From NCBI GenBank assembly GCA_964548165.1, contig CAZJQD010000009.1, forward strand, positions 7,985 to 71,984: 64,000 bases of DNA. The letters are read 5' to 3'. The notes beneath the pieces were generated by a model that worked only from the letters and a program-made list of their open reading frames with translations, had not been told where the DNA came from and ran no database searches. Made by a program: the position numbers and the translations under genes. Positions 38,285-47,854 of this stretch are shown piece after piece (positions within the stretch are counted from its first letter, which is position 1; each line of letters begins with the position of its first letter). The stretch is from an uncultured bacterium. Its GTDB lineage: Bacteria; UBA8481.

Positions 38285-40699
38285 TTATCGGGGAAGCGAG
38301 GGTCGGGCAAAGAGGGTGGAGATGTAGGCTCCGGGGCCGAATCCGCACATGGGGACCGCGCCCGTGTAGTCAGCCTCGTCGTGCGAGTAGAGCTCGCCGA
38401 TGAGGTTGTAGTTCTTCGCGGACTGGGCCGTGACCCAATCCAGGAGAGCCTCGTAGCGGTCGGTCCTGCCAAGCCGGGCAAAGGCGACGGCGGTCCGGAG
38501 GTCGATGACCACCCACTCGTGCGTGTCGTAGTCGCCGCCGTCGTCGTTGCGCATGTAGCCGACGGTGTTGGGCTTCTTGAGGTATTGGTCGAAGATCTCG
38601 AGCGTGCGGGCGGCGACCGCGTGGTCGACGACGTCGAAGTTGATGCCCTCCACGGCTCCGGCGTCGAGACATTTCTCGATCGCGGTCTCCTCCTGCAGCC
38701 CGCGGATGAAGCCCCGCTCGTCGACGAATTGGCGGTTGAAGCCGGCCTTCAGGCGCTCCGCCTCGCGGCGATACTTCGCGGCCAGATCGGGCTTGTGTAA
38801 CCGATCCGCCAGGCGCGCGGCGCTCACCAGGCCTTGGTAGGCGGTGGCGGAGGTGTAAGAGAAGCGGCGCGACCCGTTGTAGCCGTTGTCGCGGAGATGG
38901 CGTTCCCACGGGCCGGACTCCGCGCGGATGATGTCGCGATCCTCCTCGATGCAGTGGATGATCACGTCGGCGATGCGCGTGAAGATCGTCTCCTGCCAGC
39001 GCCTCAGGAAGGCGTCGTCGCGGTTCGCGGTGACGTAGCGATCCATGACCCAGAGGAAGAGCCCGAAGCCGTCGAGCTCGATGTTGGGATCGTCCCCGCC
39101 GTCGGATTCCTCCAGGCCGTTGCCGTAGTAGCGGCAGACCGAGATCTGGTAGGGGACGCCGACGCCGTGTTCGACCCCGTCCTGGAGGAACGACTCGTAG
39201 CGACCGGCCTCGGCCCCCAGGAAGAATTCCAGCCCCGCCTTGGCCTCGCGAAACTTGCGCGCGTGCACGAGGCCGTCGATGGCGTAGGAGCCGTCGCGAA
39301 TCCAGCAGATGTTCCAGTGACCGGGCGGGAGGCTCGCGAGGATCTGACCGCGCGCTGAGCCCGGCTCGCGGCACTGCGCCATCTTGAGCACCGCCAGGGA
39401 CTGTCGGAAGAGCTCCCGCTCGGCCGCGCTCTTGAAGCGCGGATGGCGCGCGCTTCTCTGCCAGTTTCGCCACCAGTGGCGTTCGGAGACCAGGAGCTGG
39501 CCCGGTGACTTCGCCTCGGGCTCGAGGTGGGGGCCGCCGCGCGTGTAGGTGATCGAGACGCCCAGCCACTCGTTGGATGCGCCCCAGCCGTCGAGGTGAA
39601 GGACGCCGTCGACGATTCGCCCGCGCGCCTTGCCGTCGCCCGAAAGGAGGCGGAAGGTGAGAAAGTCCCGCCCGTCGGCGCTCCGCTGGACGAACGTCGT
39701 GTCCCGCCCGAACCAGAGATCGCCGTCGCCGATCCGGAACTTCAAGGTGAAACGGGCCGGTCCCGTGAAGTCGCGCCCGGTCTTCACGAGGTAGTAGACG
39801 GTCTTTCGCGCGCTGGTGAAGGGAGCGAAGGCGTAGCACGCGACGGAACGGGGTCCGGCGTTCGTCGTCGATCCGGCCGTCGGGACCCCGAGATCGGCCG
39901 TGTAGCGCACGATCCCGCTCCCGTTCTCGAACGCGGCATCGCGGATGGCCGGCGGCTGTTCGCTCGTGCCGAACCAGAACTCCTTCCCGAAATCGCGTGT
40001 CGTCGTCTGCTCGTCGTACTGCGAGTAGATGTGCTCGCGGAAGCTGTCGAAGACGCGGCGGGTGGTGTTGAACTTGGAGGAGGTCAGGCCGTTGGCGAAC
40101 GGGATCTCCCAGAAGGACTGCTGGGGGGAGAATCGTTCCGCCACCTGCCTCGCCCAGGCCGCGGCGGAGAGGAGCTGGGGGATGCCTTCATAGAGGCCGC
40201 CGCCGCCGCCGCCGTCGTAGACGCGGACGGCGATGAGGTTCTCATCGCGGAGCAGGGCCGTCGGGATGGGATACGCCCGCTTGGCGCTCCATTGCGACGT
40301 GAAGGACGGAGGGAAGGTTCCCGTGCCGCCGATTCTCGTGCCGTTGATATAGACCTCGTCGGCATCGTCGATCTTGCCGAGCGCGAGGACGGGGTCGCCG
40401 CCATCCGAGGCGCCTAAAGCAGGCGCGAGGGCGGCTCGAGAGACGCGGAGGAAATACCAGCCCCAGCCGTCGTAGCCGGGAAAGCCGCCGTCCTCCCACT
40501 TGGCGTTGATGGCCAGGGGGCGCGCCGTGGCGGGCGGAGTCCGCGCCCACGCGAGGTCGTCACCCTGGGCGAAGGTCCAGCCGTCCCCGAACCGGATCGC
40601 CTCCGTGGAGGATACGGAAGGGTCGGCGCCCGCGAGCACGGCCAGGAGGACGAGGGAGGTGAGCGCCAGGGGGAGACGGGCGAGAAGGCGTCGATTCAC
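38285..40699 (-). CDS. glycoside hydrolase, GH15-like (glucoamylase/glucodextranase type) with an N-terminal beta-sandwich region; secreted
   Basis: A GTG start overlaps the permease stop (GTGA). The signal is 'LLARLPLALTSLVLLAVLAG'. The (alpha/alpha)6 region carries 'GHWNICWIRDGSYAIDGL'. Listed ORF 38285..41449 runs a further 250 codons into the permease gene; that extension is rejected. Confidence 0.6.
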   Translation of the reverse strand: MNRRLLARLPLALTSLVLLAVLAGADPSVSSTEAIRFGDGWTFAQGDDLAWARTPPATARPLAINAKWEDGGFPGYDGWGWYFLRVSRAALAPALGASDGGDPVLALGKIDDADEVYINGTRIGGTGTFPPSFTSQWSAKRAYPIPTALLRDENLIAVRVYDGGGGGGLYEGIPQLLSAAAWARQVAERFSPQQSFWEIPFANGLTSSKFNTTRRVFDSFREHIYSQYDEQTTTRDFGKEFWFGTSEQPPAIRDAAFENGSGIVRYTADLGVPTAGSTTNAGPRSVACYAFAPFTSARKTVYYLVKTGRDFTGPARFTLKFRIGDGDLWFGRDTTFVQRSADGRDFLTFRLLSGDGKARGRIVDGVLHLDGWGASNEWLGVSITYTRGGPHLEPEAKSPGQLLVSERHWWRNWQRSARHPRFKSAAERELFRQSLAVLKMAQCREPGSARGQILASLPPGHWNICWIRDGSYAIDGLVHARKFREAKAGLEFFLGAEAGRYESFLQDGVEHGVGVPYQISVCRYYGNGLEESDGGDDPNIELDGFGLFLWVMDRYVTANRDDAFLRRWQETIFTRIADVIIHCIEEDRDIIRAESGPWERHLRDNGYNGSRRFSYTSATAYQGLVSAARLADRLHKPDLAAKYRREAERLKAGFNRQFVDERGFIRGLQEETAIEKCLDAGAVEGINFDVVDHAVAARTLEIFDQYLKKPNTVGYMRNDDGGDYDTHEWVVIDLRTAVAFARLGRTDRYEALLDWVTAQSAKNYNLIGELYSHDEADYTGAVPMCGFGPGAYISTLFARPSLPR

Positions 40700-42078
40700 T
40701 TCAGCAGGCGGCTCTTCGTGCGCATGTCGATGAAGACGGCGATCATGATGAGCAGGCCCTTGAAGATGAGCTGAACGGGATTGGGAAGAGCCATCAGGAT
40801 CATGCCGTTTACGACGACGCCGATGATCAGGACGCCGATGATGGTGCCTCCGATCGAGCCGACGCCGCCCATCAAGGACGTGCCGCCGACCACGACGGCC
40901 GCGATGGCTTCGAGCTCCGAAAGAACGCCCTGCGTTGCCGGCGTCGCGGCCTGGGCGCGCGACGTGGCGACGATGCCGGAGACGGCGGACAAGAGGCCCA
41001 TCAGGAGGAAGACCAGGAACGTGCACTTCTCGACGCGGACGCCCGAGAGCGCGGCCGCCTCCTTGTTGCCGCCGATGGCGTAGAGGTGCCGGCCGAAGAC
41101 CGTGCGCTTCAGGGTGAACGAGGCGGCGACGGCGAGCGCGGCGAAGAGGATGACCATGATGGGGATGCCCTGGTGCGAGGCGAAGACGGCGCCAACCGCG
41201 GCGAACCCGATCCCGGTGACGACGATGCGCGTCTGGGTCGCGGCCATCGAGGGGACGGGATGGCCGTTCGTCTCGAGATGCCTGCGGGCGCGCAGGTGGA
41301 GCATGACCCAGGCCACGAAGACGACGACGAGAAATGCGATCGAGAAGCCGGGGAAGAGCGTGAGCCCGGGGACGAGCTTGGCGGGATTCGGCGCGCCGCT
41401 GGCGAACTTGTCCGGCAGGGTCAGGTTGTCGACGAAGACGGCCACCCACTCCGCCTCGGGTGTGCCCCTCGCCTGGAGCGCGGCGACGGCGGCTGCCGGG
41501 AGCTCGGTGACGCGGTAGTAGAGCTCATAGCAGACCTTATCGAGGCTGGAGACGCCGAGGATGCGGAAGACGGATCCCTTCACGGTCAACGACTGGGAGC
41601 CGGACGAGAGGTAGGCGAGGCCGCGGGCCATGGTGAGCGTGGCCAGGGTGACGACGAACGGGAGGAGCTTGAAGCGGGCGACCATGGAGCCGTTCCAGGC
41701 GCCAAGCAGGGCGCCTGCGGCCAGGGAGAGAATGATGGCGGTGAAGGGGCTCGCGATGGATTCCAGGAATCCGCGGAGGCCCTCGTTCGTGACCACGACG
41801 GCGACGTTCGCAGGGTCGGAGGTCAGCGCGAGGATGACGGCGCAGACGGCGAGCATGGAACCGACCGAGAGGTCGATGCCGCCGATGAGGATGACCATGG
41901 TCATGCCGATCGCGAGGATGCCCGTGACGGTGACCTGCTGGGAGAGGTTGGAGAGGTTCTCGGGCGAGACGAACGTCCAGCCGCCCGTCCACCAGCGCGT
42001 GACGCCGGCCATCGCGATGAAGATGAGGAGCATCGAGATGAGCATCCCGTTCTCCTTGAAGAAAGATTCCTGTTTCAC
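40696..42078 (-). CDS. sugar ABC transporter permease (RbsC/XylH family)
   Basis: The protein has 10-12 TM segments and the BPD_transp_2 pattern. It has a GTG start. Confidence 0.75.
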   Translation of the reverse strand: MKQESFFKENGMLISMLLIFIAMAGVTRWWTGGWTFVSPENLSNLSQQVTVTGILAIGMTMVILIGGIDLSVGSMLAVCAVILALTSDPANVAVVVTNEGLRGFLESIASPFTAIILSLAAGALLGAWNGSMVARFKLLPFVVTLATLTMARGLAYLSSGSQSLTVKGSVFRILGVSSLDKVCYELYYRVTELPAAAVAALQARGTPEAEWVAVFVDNLTLPDKFASGAPNPAKLVPGLTLFPGFSIAFLVVVFVAWVMLHLRARRHLETNGHPVPSMAATQTRIVVTGIGFAAVGAVFASHQGIPIMVILFAALAVAASFTLKRTVFGRHLYAIGGNKEAAALSGVRVEKCTFLVFLLMGLLSAVSGIVATSRAQAATPATQGVLSELEAIAAVVVGGTSLMGGVGSIGGTIIGVLIIGVVVNGMILMALPNPVQLIFKGLLIMIAVFIDMRTKSRLLK

Positions 42079-42103
42079 CCTACCTCACCACCTTTCGAGT
42101 GTT

Positions 42104-42227
42104 GGTGTCAGACTGCGGAAATGCGGAACTGGGATTACAAGAGTTGACGATGGCCCCGACTTCGGGCCGTCTCTCGGCCGGCTCGAACTCCAAGAATATC
42201 AGTTCCGCAATTCCGCAGTCTGACACC
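42104..42227. repeat. ~124-bp inverted-repeat element (27-bp arms, 1 mismatch) filling the ATPase-permease intergenic gap; REP/MITE-like
   Basis: The left arm is 'GGTGTCAGACTGCGGAAATGCGGAACTG'. The right arm is 'CAGTTCCGCAATTCCGCAGTCTGACACC'. The interior holds a 'ggccccgacttcgggcc' hairpin. Listed ORF 42099..42410 is its translation and is rejected. Confidence 0.7.
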
Positions 42228-42231
42228 GTTG

Positions 42232-43755
42232 TCATTCCGCGTTTCCTGTTGCGAGGGCGCCGAGACGTTCCGCGGTCACTTCTCCGCGAGCGTAGGTCCC
42301 GACCGCCCAGCCTTCGTGCATCACCATCATCCGGTCGCTCATGCCCATCAGTTCCGGCAGTTCGCTGGTCACCAGGACGATCGCGACGCCCTGCTTCTTC
42401 AAATCCATGATCAGGTTGTAGATCTCCTGCTTGGCGCCGATGTCGACGCCGCGCGTGGGTTCGTCCATGAGCAGAACCCGCGGACCGGTCGCCAGCCACT
42501 TTCCCAGGACCACCTTCTGCTGGTTGCCGCCCGAGAGATTGCGGACGATCTGGCTTGCGCCCGGCGTCTTGATCCGGAGGTCGTTGATCAGGTTGTTCTG
42601 GCGAGACATCTCCGTCGCATCGTCGACGACGCCGTTGGCGGAGGAGACGCGGTCGAGCGAGGCCAGGGTGAGGTTGGCGCCGACGGAGAGGCCGAGAACG
42701 AGGCCGAAGAGCTTGCGATCCTCGGTGACGAGCGCGATCCCGGCGTCGATGGCGTCCTTGGGATCGCGGCAGAAGACCTGCTGGCCGCCGATCTTCAGGG
42801 TCCCGTCCCAGTACTCGGGTGGGAAGCCGGCGAAGATGCTCGTGAGCACCTCGGTGCGACCGCTCCCCATCAGCCCGTAGATGCCGAAGACCTCGCCGGC
42901 GTGAACCTTGAAGGCGATATCGGCGACGAGGAATTCGCCCGGAAGGAGCGGGTGGCGGACCTGCCAGTCCTCGATCTCGAGGAGCGGGCGGCCGGGAAGG
43001 TGATCGGAGACCGGATAGAGATTGGTGAGCTCGCGGCCGACCATGGCCTTGATGATGTCGTCCTTCGACATCGTCGCCGCGGGCGTCGGCGCCATCACGC
43101 TCTTGCCGTCCCTGAGCACGGCGATCTCGTCGCAGATGCGCTTGAGCTCGTCGAGCTTGTGGGAGATGTAGACCATCGTGACGCCCTCGTCCCGGAAACG
43201 GCGCATGATGGAGAAAAGCTTCTCGACCTCCTTGTCCGAGAGCGCGGAGGTGGGCTCGTCGAGGACGAGGATGTCGGCGCGGTGCGAGAGCGCCTTGGCG
43301 ATCTCGACGAGCTGCATCTGGCCGAGCTTGAGGTCGCGGATCTTGGTGGAGGGATCCAGCTCGATCGCGTACTGCTTCAGGAGAGCGGCGACCTTGGCGT
43401 AGGAGGCTCCGCGGTCGATGACACCGCGCGAGGCGTGTTCGTGGCCCAGGAGGATGTTCTCCGCGATCGTCAGCTCCGGGAAGAGGTTGAGCTCCTGGTG
43501 GATGATCGCGATGCCCCTCGACTCCGCGTCCTTCGTGCCGGAGAAGCGGCAGACCTCGCCGCCGATGACGATCTCGCCCTCGTAGGTCCCGTGCGGGTAG
43601 ATGCCGGAGAGCACCTTCATGAGCGTGGACTTGCCCGCGCCGTTCTCGCCGCAGAGCGCGAGGATGCGGCCCTTGTCCACCGCGAGCGTGACGCCGTCGA
43701 GCGCGCGGACCCCGGGGAAGTCCTTGATGATCCCGCGCAGCTCGAGGTAGCTCAT
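42232..43755 (-). CDS. sugar ABC transporter ATP-binding protein (two tandem ABC domains, RbsA/XylG-like)
   Basis: Walker A 'GENGAGKSTLMK' and the second domain 'GLMGSGRTE' are present. Signature 'LSGGNQQKV' is also found. Confidence 0.85.
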   Translation of the reverse strand: MSYLELRGIIKDFPGVRALDGVTLAVDKGRILALCGENGAGKSTLMKVLSGIYPHGTYEGEIVIGGEVCRFSGTKDAESRGIAIIHQELNLFPELTIAENILLGHEHASRGVIDRGASYAKVAALLKQYAIELDPSTKIRDLKLGQMQLVEIAKALSHRADILVLDEPTSALSDKEVEKLFSIMRRFRDEGVTMVYISHKLDELKRICDEIAVLRDGKSVMAPTPAATMSKDDIIKAMVGRELTNLYPVSDHLPGRPLLEIEDWQVRHPLLPGEFLVADIAFKVHAGEVFGIYGLMGSGRTEVLTSIFAGFPPEYWDGTLKIGGQQVFCRDPKDAIDAGIALVTEDRKLFGLVLGLSVGANLTLASLDRVSSANGVVDDATEMSRQNNLINDLRIKTPGASQIVRNLSGGNQQKVVLGKWLATGPRVLLMDEPTRGVDIGAKQEIYNLIMDLKKQGVAIVLVTSELPELMGMSDRMMVMHEGWAVGTYARGEVTAERLGALATGNAE

Positions 43756-43831
43756 GGAACGTTCACCCGGTCGATGCGGCTACGATCGCCGCCTCGATGG
43801 AGATGCGCCAGGAGGGCAGGTGGCATCCGTC

Positions 43832-44866
43832 TCAGAGCGCGTACCGGGGGCCGGCCTCGACGAGCACGGCCTGGTAATTCTCGGCGGTCACCGGCTTGAC
43901 CGGCGTCAGGATGGTCTTGATCCCGACGGCGTTCTTGTAGGTGGTCGGGGGATCCTTCGGGGCGGGCGCCTCGCCGCGCGCGAGCTGGACGGCGAGCTCG
44001 GCGGCGGTTGCCGCCAGGGTGATCTCGTCCTTGTAGACGTCCTGCTGCTGCTTGCCCGAGACGATGAAGGCGATGTTGGCCTTGTCGGCGTCCGCGCCCG
44101 TGATGAAGACCTGGCCGATGCGGCCCGCCTTCTCGACGGCCTGGACGGCGCCGCGCGCCATGCCGCTGTTGTTGCAGAGGATGGCCTTGATGTTCGGGTT
44201 CACGACGAGCTGGTTCTCGGTCGTCGCGAGGGCCTGGTCGGTGCCCCACGCGTCATGATATTGCTGGGCGCCGATGGTGATGCCGGCGGCGGTGAGCGCC
44301 GCGCGGTTCGCCTCCGTGATGGCCTCGGCAACGCTGTGACCCTGCTGTCCCGAGAGGATGAGCGCCTCGCCGGGCCCGCCATGGGACTGCATCCAGGCGA
44401 CCGCGGCCTCGGCCTGGAGTCGACCGACCTCCGAGGAGTTCTGGCCCGCGTAGTAGTCGAGATCCTTGTGGTTGATCATGCGATCGTAGGCGACGACCTG
44501 GATCCCCTTGGCGTGGGCCTGGTCGACGAAGATGCCCGCGTTGTCGCTATTGACCGGCTGGATCACGAGGACGTTGATGCCCTGGGCGAGCACGGACTCG
44601 ACGTTCGTGCGTTGCGTGGCCTCTTCGTTGTTGCAGGAGAGGAAGATGACCTCGGCGCCGAGGCGCTTGGCGGCCTCCAGGAAACTCTGCTTGTCCCGCT
44701 GGTAACGCTCTTCCTGCTCGGTCGCGAGGATGAATCCGATCTTGAGAGCGGTCGGCGCGGCAGCCGGTGCCTGACCCGCGGGGGCCGGAGGCGTTGGCTT
44801 GCCACACGCCGCGGCGGCAAGGAGCACAAGACCGAGAGCCAACCACTTCGAACCGCGACGGATCAT
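43832..44866 (-). CDS. periplasmic sugar-binding lipoprotein (ribose/xylose-binding family)
   Basis: The start is the internal ATG with a GAGGAG Shine-Dalgarno. The lipobox is 'LLAAAACG'. 'LKIGFILATEQEERYQRDKQSF' matches Peripla_BP_4. Confidence 0.75.
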   Translation of the reverse strand: MIRRGSKWLALGLVLLAAAACGKPTPPAPAGQAPAAAPTALKIGFILATEQEERYQRDKQSFLEAAKRLGAEVIFLSCNNEEATQRTNVESVLAQGINVLVIQPVNSDNAGIFVDQAHAKGIQVVAYDRMINHKDLDYYAGQNSSEVGRLQAEAAVAWMQSHGGPGEALILSGQQGHSVAEAITEANRAALTAAGITIGAQQYHDAWGTDQALATTENQLVVNPNIKAILCNNSGMARGAVQAVEKAGRIGQVFITGADADKANIAFIVSGKQQQDVYKDEITLAATAAELAVQLARGEAPAPKDPPTTYKNAVGIKTILTPVKPVTAENYQAVLVEAGPRYAL

Positions 44867-44940
44867 TGAGAAGACTCCTCGTGAAATAATGGATGCCGAG
44901 CTGAGTTTAGTAAACATAGACCGAACCGTGAAGGAGAAAG

Positions 44941-45057
44941 GGTGTCAGGCCAGCAGTTTCGCAGTTCCCGTCGGCATCCCTCAAAACAACGAAATTCAAG
45001 CATTCAGCTCCACGCCGTCGGCGTTGCTGGAAACTGCGAAACTGCGAGCCTGAGACC
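44941..45057. repeat. ~117-bp inverted-repeat element (30-bp arms, 26/30 identical) in the divergent promoter region; same family as 42104 and 50561
   Basis: The left arm is 'GGTGTCAGGCCAGCAGTTTCGCAGTTCCCG'. The reverse complement of the right arm is 'GGTCTCAGGCTCGCAGTTTCGCAGTTTCCAG'. The first 47 codons of listed ORF 44942.. are its translation. Confidence 0.65.
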
Positions 45058-45082
45058 GGGGGCGCGATGTAATCTTGGGTCG

Positions 45083-47854
45083 ATGCCGGACCGAGCAACA
45101 GATGAAGACGAGGTTCACGCGGCTTTGAAGGCCATGGAAAGGGTCGGCCGCGCGTTGCGGATCCACCGGGACGCTCCGACCCGCGCCCTCTTTGCGACCG
45201 ATGCCTCCATCTATCACTGCCTCCCCGCGGGGGTCTTCTACCCGAGGGATGAAGGCGACCTGGTGCGCGCGGTCGAGGTCTGCGGCGAGCATGGCGTCTC
45301 GCTGCTGCCTCGTGGGGCGGGCACGTCGCTCTCGGGCCAGGCGTTGACCTCGGGGATCATCGTCGACATGTCACGGTTTCGCGCGGTGCGGATCGACGGC
45401 GAGCGCGCCTGGGTCCAGCCGGGAGTCGTGATCGATGACCTGGACCGGGCGGCGGCGACGATTCAGAGGCGCTGGGGGCCGGCCCCAGCCTCCGCGAACC
45501 GGGCCACGATCGGCGGCCTCCTGGCGAATAACGGGACGGGTGCACGATCGGTTGTCTTCGGCATGGCCTCGGATCACCTCCACGCGGCCCGGCTTCTCCT
45601 CGCCGACGGATCGATCCGCGCGTTTCGCCGGGGCGATCTCGATCGGGTGGACGCGTTGACGCGCGAGGTCGTCTCCATCGCCGAACCGGTCTGGGACTCG
45701 CCACGCTGGCCGAGGACGTGGCGGAACGCGAGCGGCCTGGACCTCCGGGGCATCCGGACCCGCGAGTCGCTACTGCCCCTCTTCTGCGGCAGCGAGGGTC
45801 GGCTCGGCATCCTCCTCGATGCGGAGGTCTCCCTGGTGCCGCGTCCGGCCCGGTCCGTGCTTTGCGTCTTTTATTACGATGATCTCGTGGAAGCCATGCG
45901 GGCCGTGCCGCCCCTCCTCGAGCTTGGGCCCAGCGCCATTGAGCTGATGGACCGGAACATTCTCGCGCTGGCCAGGCAGAGCGCGCATTTCCGCCTGCGC
46001 CTCATCACCGGGGAGCCGGCCGCGATCTTCATGGTCGAGTTCGAGGCGCCGGACTCGGGTGCGGATGCGGCGGCTCGCCTGGAGGCGCAGGTCCGCGCGG
46101 CGCGCGGGCTGGGCGCCCGGATGGTCTTGACGGATCCGGCCGACCAGCGCGAGATCTGGAATACCCGCAAGGAAGGGCTTGGCCTTCTGATGTCCTCGCG
46201 AGCCCGCAGGCGGCCGCTCCCGTTTATCGAGGACTGCGCGGTCCCGGTGCCGGCGCTGCCGGAGTATGTCGAGCGGCTGAACGCGATCCTGGAGCGGCAT
46301 GGCACCGAGGGCGCCTTCTACGCTCACGCCTCCGCCGGCTGCCTTCACGTCCGTCCGCTCATCGATCTGCATGACCCCGCCGATCGCGCGCACATGGACG
46401 CCATCCTCGAGGAGACCGCCGCGCTCGTCGGCGAACACGGCGGGACCCTCTCGGGCGAGCACGGTGACGGATTCTCCAAGAGCCCGCACCTCGCGGCCGT
46501 CTTTGGCGACGAGATCGTGGGCGCCTTCGAGCGCGTTCGCAGGGCCTTCGATCCGCAGGGGCTCTTTCGCGTGCCGCGGAAAGCCGGCCTTCGCGTTGAT
46601 CGGCCGCGGCGGGCATTCTCCGGCTTCCTGGCCCGGGAGGAGGGTTTTGCGGGCGCCGTGGAGCGATGCAACGGCGAGGGTGCCTGCAAGAAGCGGGAGG
46701 GCACGATGTGCCCGTCGTACCAGGCCTCGGGTGACGAGGCGCTCTCCACGCGCGGCCGCGCCAACCTGCTCGCGGCGTGGCTGGCCGTCTCGCCGGGCGA
46801 TACGAGGACGAAAGGGGCGGGACGCTACGGCGATGACGAGGCGGCGCTGGCTGGGGAACTGGATCGATCTCTTGGCGCTTGCCTGGCGTGCAAGGCCTGC
46901 TCGTCGGAGTGTCCCTCGTCGGTGGACATGGCGGGGCTGAAGGCGGAGTGGTTGGCGTCGCGCGGACCGAGCTGGTCGGACCGGTTCTTCGCGTCCTACG
47001 CCGACCTGGCCCTGGTCGGGCGGGTGCTGGGCGGCGTTCCCCTCGCCGGGATCGTGAAGCGGTTGTTTGGTATCGACCACCGCGCCGAGCTGGCGGCGCC
47101 GGTGCGCGAGGGATTCTTCGACCGCTGGAAGAAGGAAGGTCGCGCCTGGGGACAAGACCCGGCGCTTGATCCGGCCGCCGCCGATGTACTTCTCTTCGTC
47201 GATACGCACGCGGAGTTCTTCGAGCCGGGCGTCGGCGAGGCGTTCTGCCGGTTGGCGTCCGCGGCCGGGCTGAGAGTCGCGCCCGTCCGACCCGGTTGCT
47301 GCCAGCGTCCGGCCTTCTCGCGGGGGATGCTGGACGTGGCCCGCGCCGGTCTGGCCGGCTGGACTCTTGCGGGCTCCGCGCCTCTCGTCGTCTTGGAACC
47401 GTCCTGCCTCTCGATGCTCAGGGATGACGCGCCAAAGCTCGTGCCGGAGTTCTCGTCGCTGGCCTCCCGCGTCGTCGGAGCGGAAGCGTTCCTCCTTGCC
47501 CACGCGGGCCGGCTCGCGTTTGAAGAGGGACCGGACTTTCTTCTCCACGCGCATTGCCACCAGAAGGCCGAGCACGGGGATGATGCCGTTCGCAGGCTGT
47601 TGGAATTGGCGGCGCCCGTGAGCGTCCTGGACGCGGGATGCTGTGGGATGGCCGGTTCGTTCGGCTACGACGCCGCGACGTACAACCTGTCGCTGGCGGT
47701 CGCGGAGGACAGGTTCCTGCCTGGTCTGCGAGCGGCGGGGGAGCGCGCGGTGGCGCTGACGGGACGCTCCTGCCGCGAGATGGCGACGCGCCACGGCCTG
47801 GGTGGTCGACACCCGCTGATGTTGCTCGCGTCCCGGCTGAAGTCATCGGCGTGA
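45083..47854 (+). CDS. FAD-linked oxidase fused to an Fe-S/CCG domain (GlcD-GlcF-like 2-hydroxyacid dehydrogenase)
   Basis: The FAD_binding_4 match is 'LLPRGAGTSLSGQA'. The C-terminal region carries 'CxxCxxC' and CCG Cys clusters. The start is ATG 45083 (MPDRAT). Confidence 0.7.
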   Translation: MPDRATDEDEVHAALKAMERVGRALRIHRDAPTRALFATDASIYHCLPAGVFYPRDEGDLVRAVEVCGEHGVSLLPRGAGTSLSGQALTSGIIVDMSRFRAVRIDGERAWVQPGVVIDDLDRAAATIQRRWGPAPASANRATIGGLLANNGTGARSVVFGMASDHLHAARLLLADGSIRAFRRGDLDRVDALTREVVSIAEPVWDSPRWPRTWRNASGLDLRGIRTRESLLPLFCGSEGRLGILLDAEVSLVPRPARSVLCVFYYDDLVEAMRAVPPLLELGPSAIELMDRNILALARQSAHFRLRLITGEPAAIFMVEFEAPDSGADAAARLEAQVRAARGLGARMVLTDPADQREIWNTRKEGLGLLMSSRARRRPLPFIEDCAVPVPALPEYVERLNAILERHGTEGAFYAHASAGCLHVRPLIDLHDPADRAHMDAILEETAALVGEHGGTLSGEHGDGFSKSPHLAAVFGDEIVGAFERVRRAFDPQGLFRVPRKAGLRVDRPRRAFSGFLAREEGFAGAVERCNGEGACKKREGTMCPSYQASGDEALSTRGRANLLAAWLAVSPGDTRTKGAGRYGDDEAALAGELDRSLGACLACKACSSECPSSVDMAGLKAEWLASRGPSWSDRFFASYADLALVGRVLGGVPLAGIVKRLFGIDHRAELAAPVREGFFDRWKKEGRAWGQDPALDPAAADVLLFVDTHAEFFEPGVGEAFCRLASAAGLRVAPVRPGCCQRPAFSRGMLDVARAGLAGWTLAGSAPLVVLEPSCLSMLRDDAPKLVPEFSSLASRVVGAEAFLLAHAGRLAFEEGPDFLLHAHCHQKAEHGDDAVRRLLELAAPVSVLDAGCCGMAGSFGYDAATYNLSLAVAEDRFLPGLRAAGERAVALTGRSCREMATRHGLGGRHPLMLLASRLKSSA

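Noticed and set aside
40700-41449. N-terminal 250-codon extension of ORF 38285..41449
   Set aside because: The extension overlaps the ABC permease gene in another frame. The real GH15 gene starts at the GTG at 40699, which carries a clear signal peptide.
42099-42410. 103-aa ORF in the ATPase-permease gap
   Set aside because: It is the translation of the inverted-repeat element and it is antisense to the ATPase 3' end.
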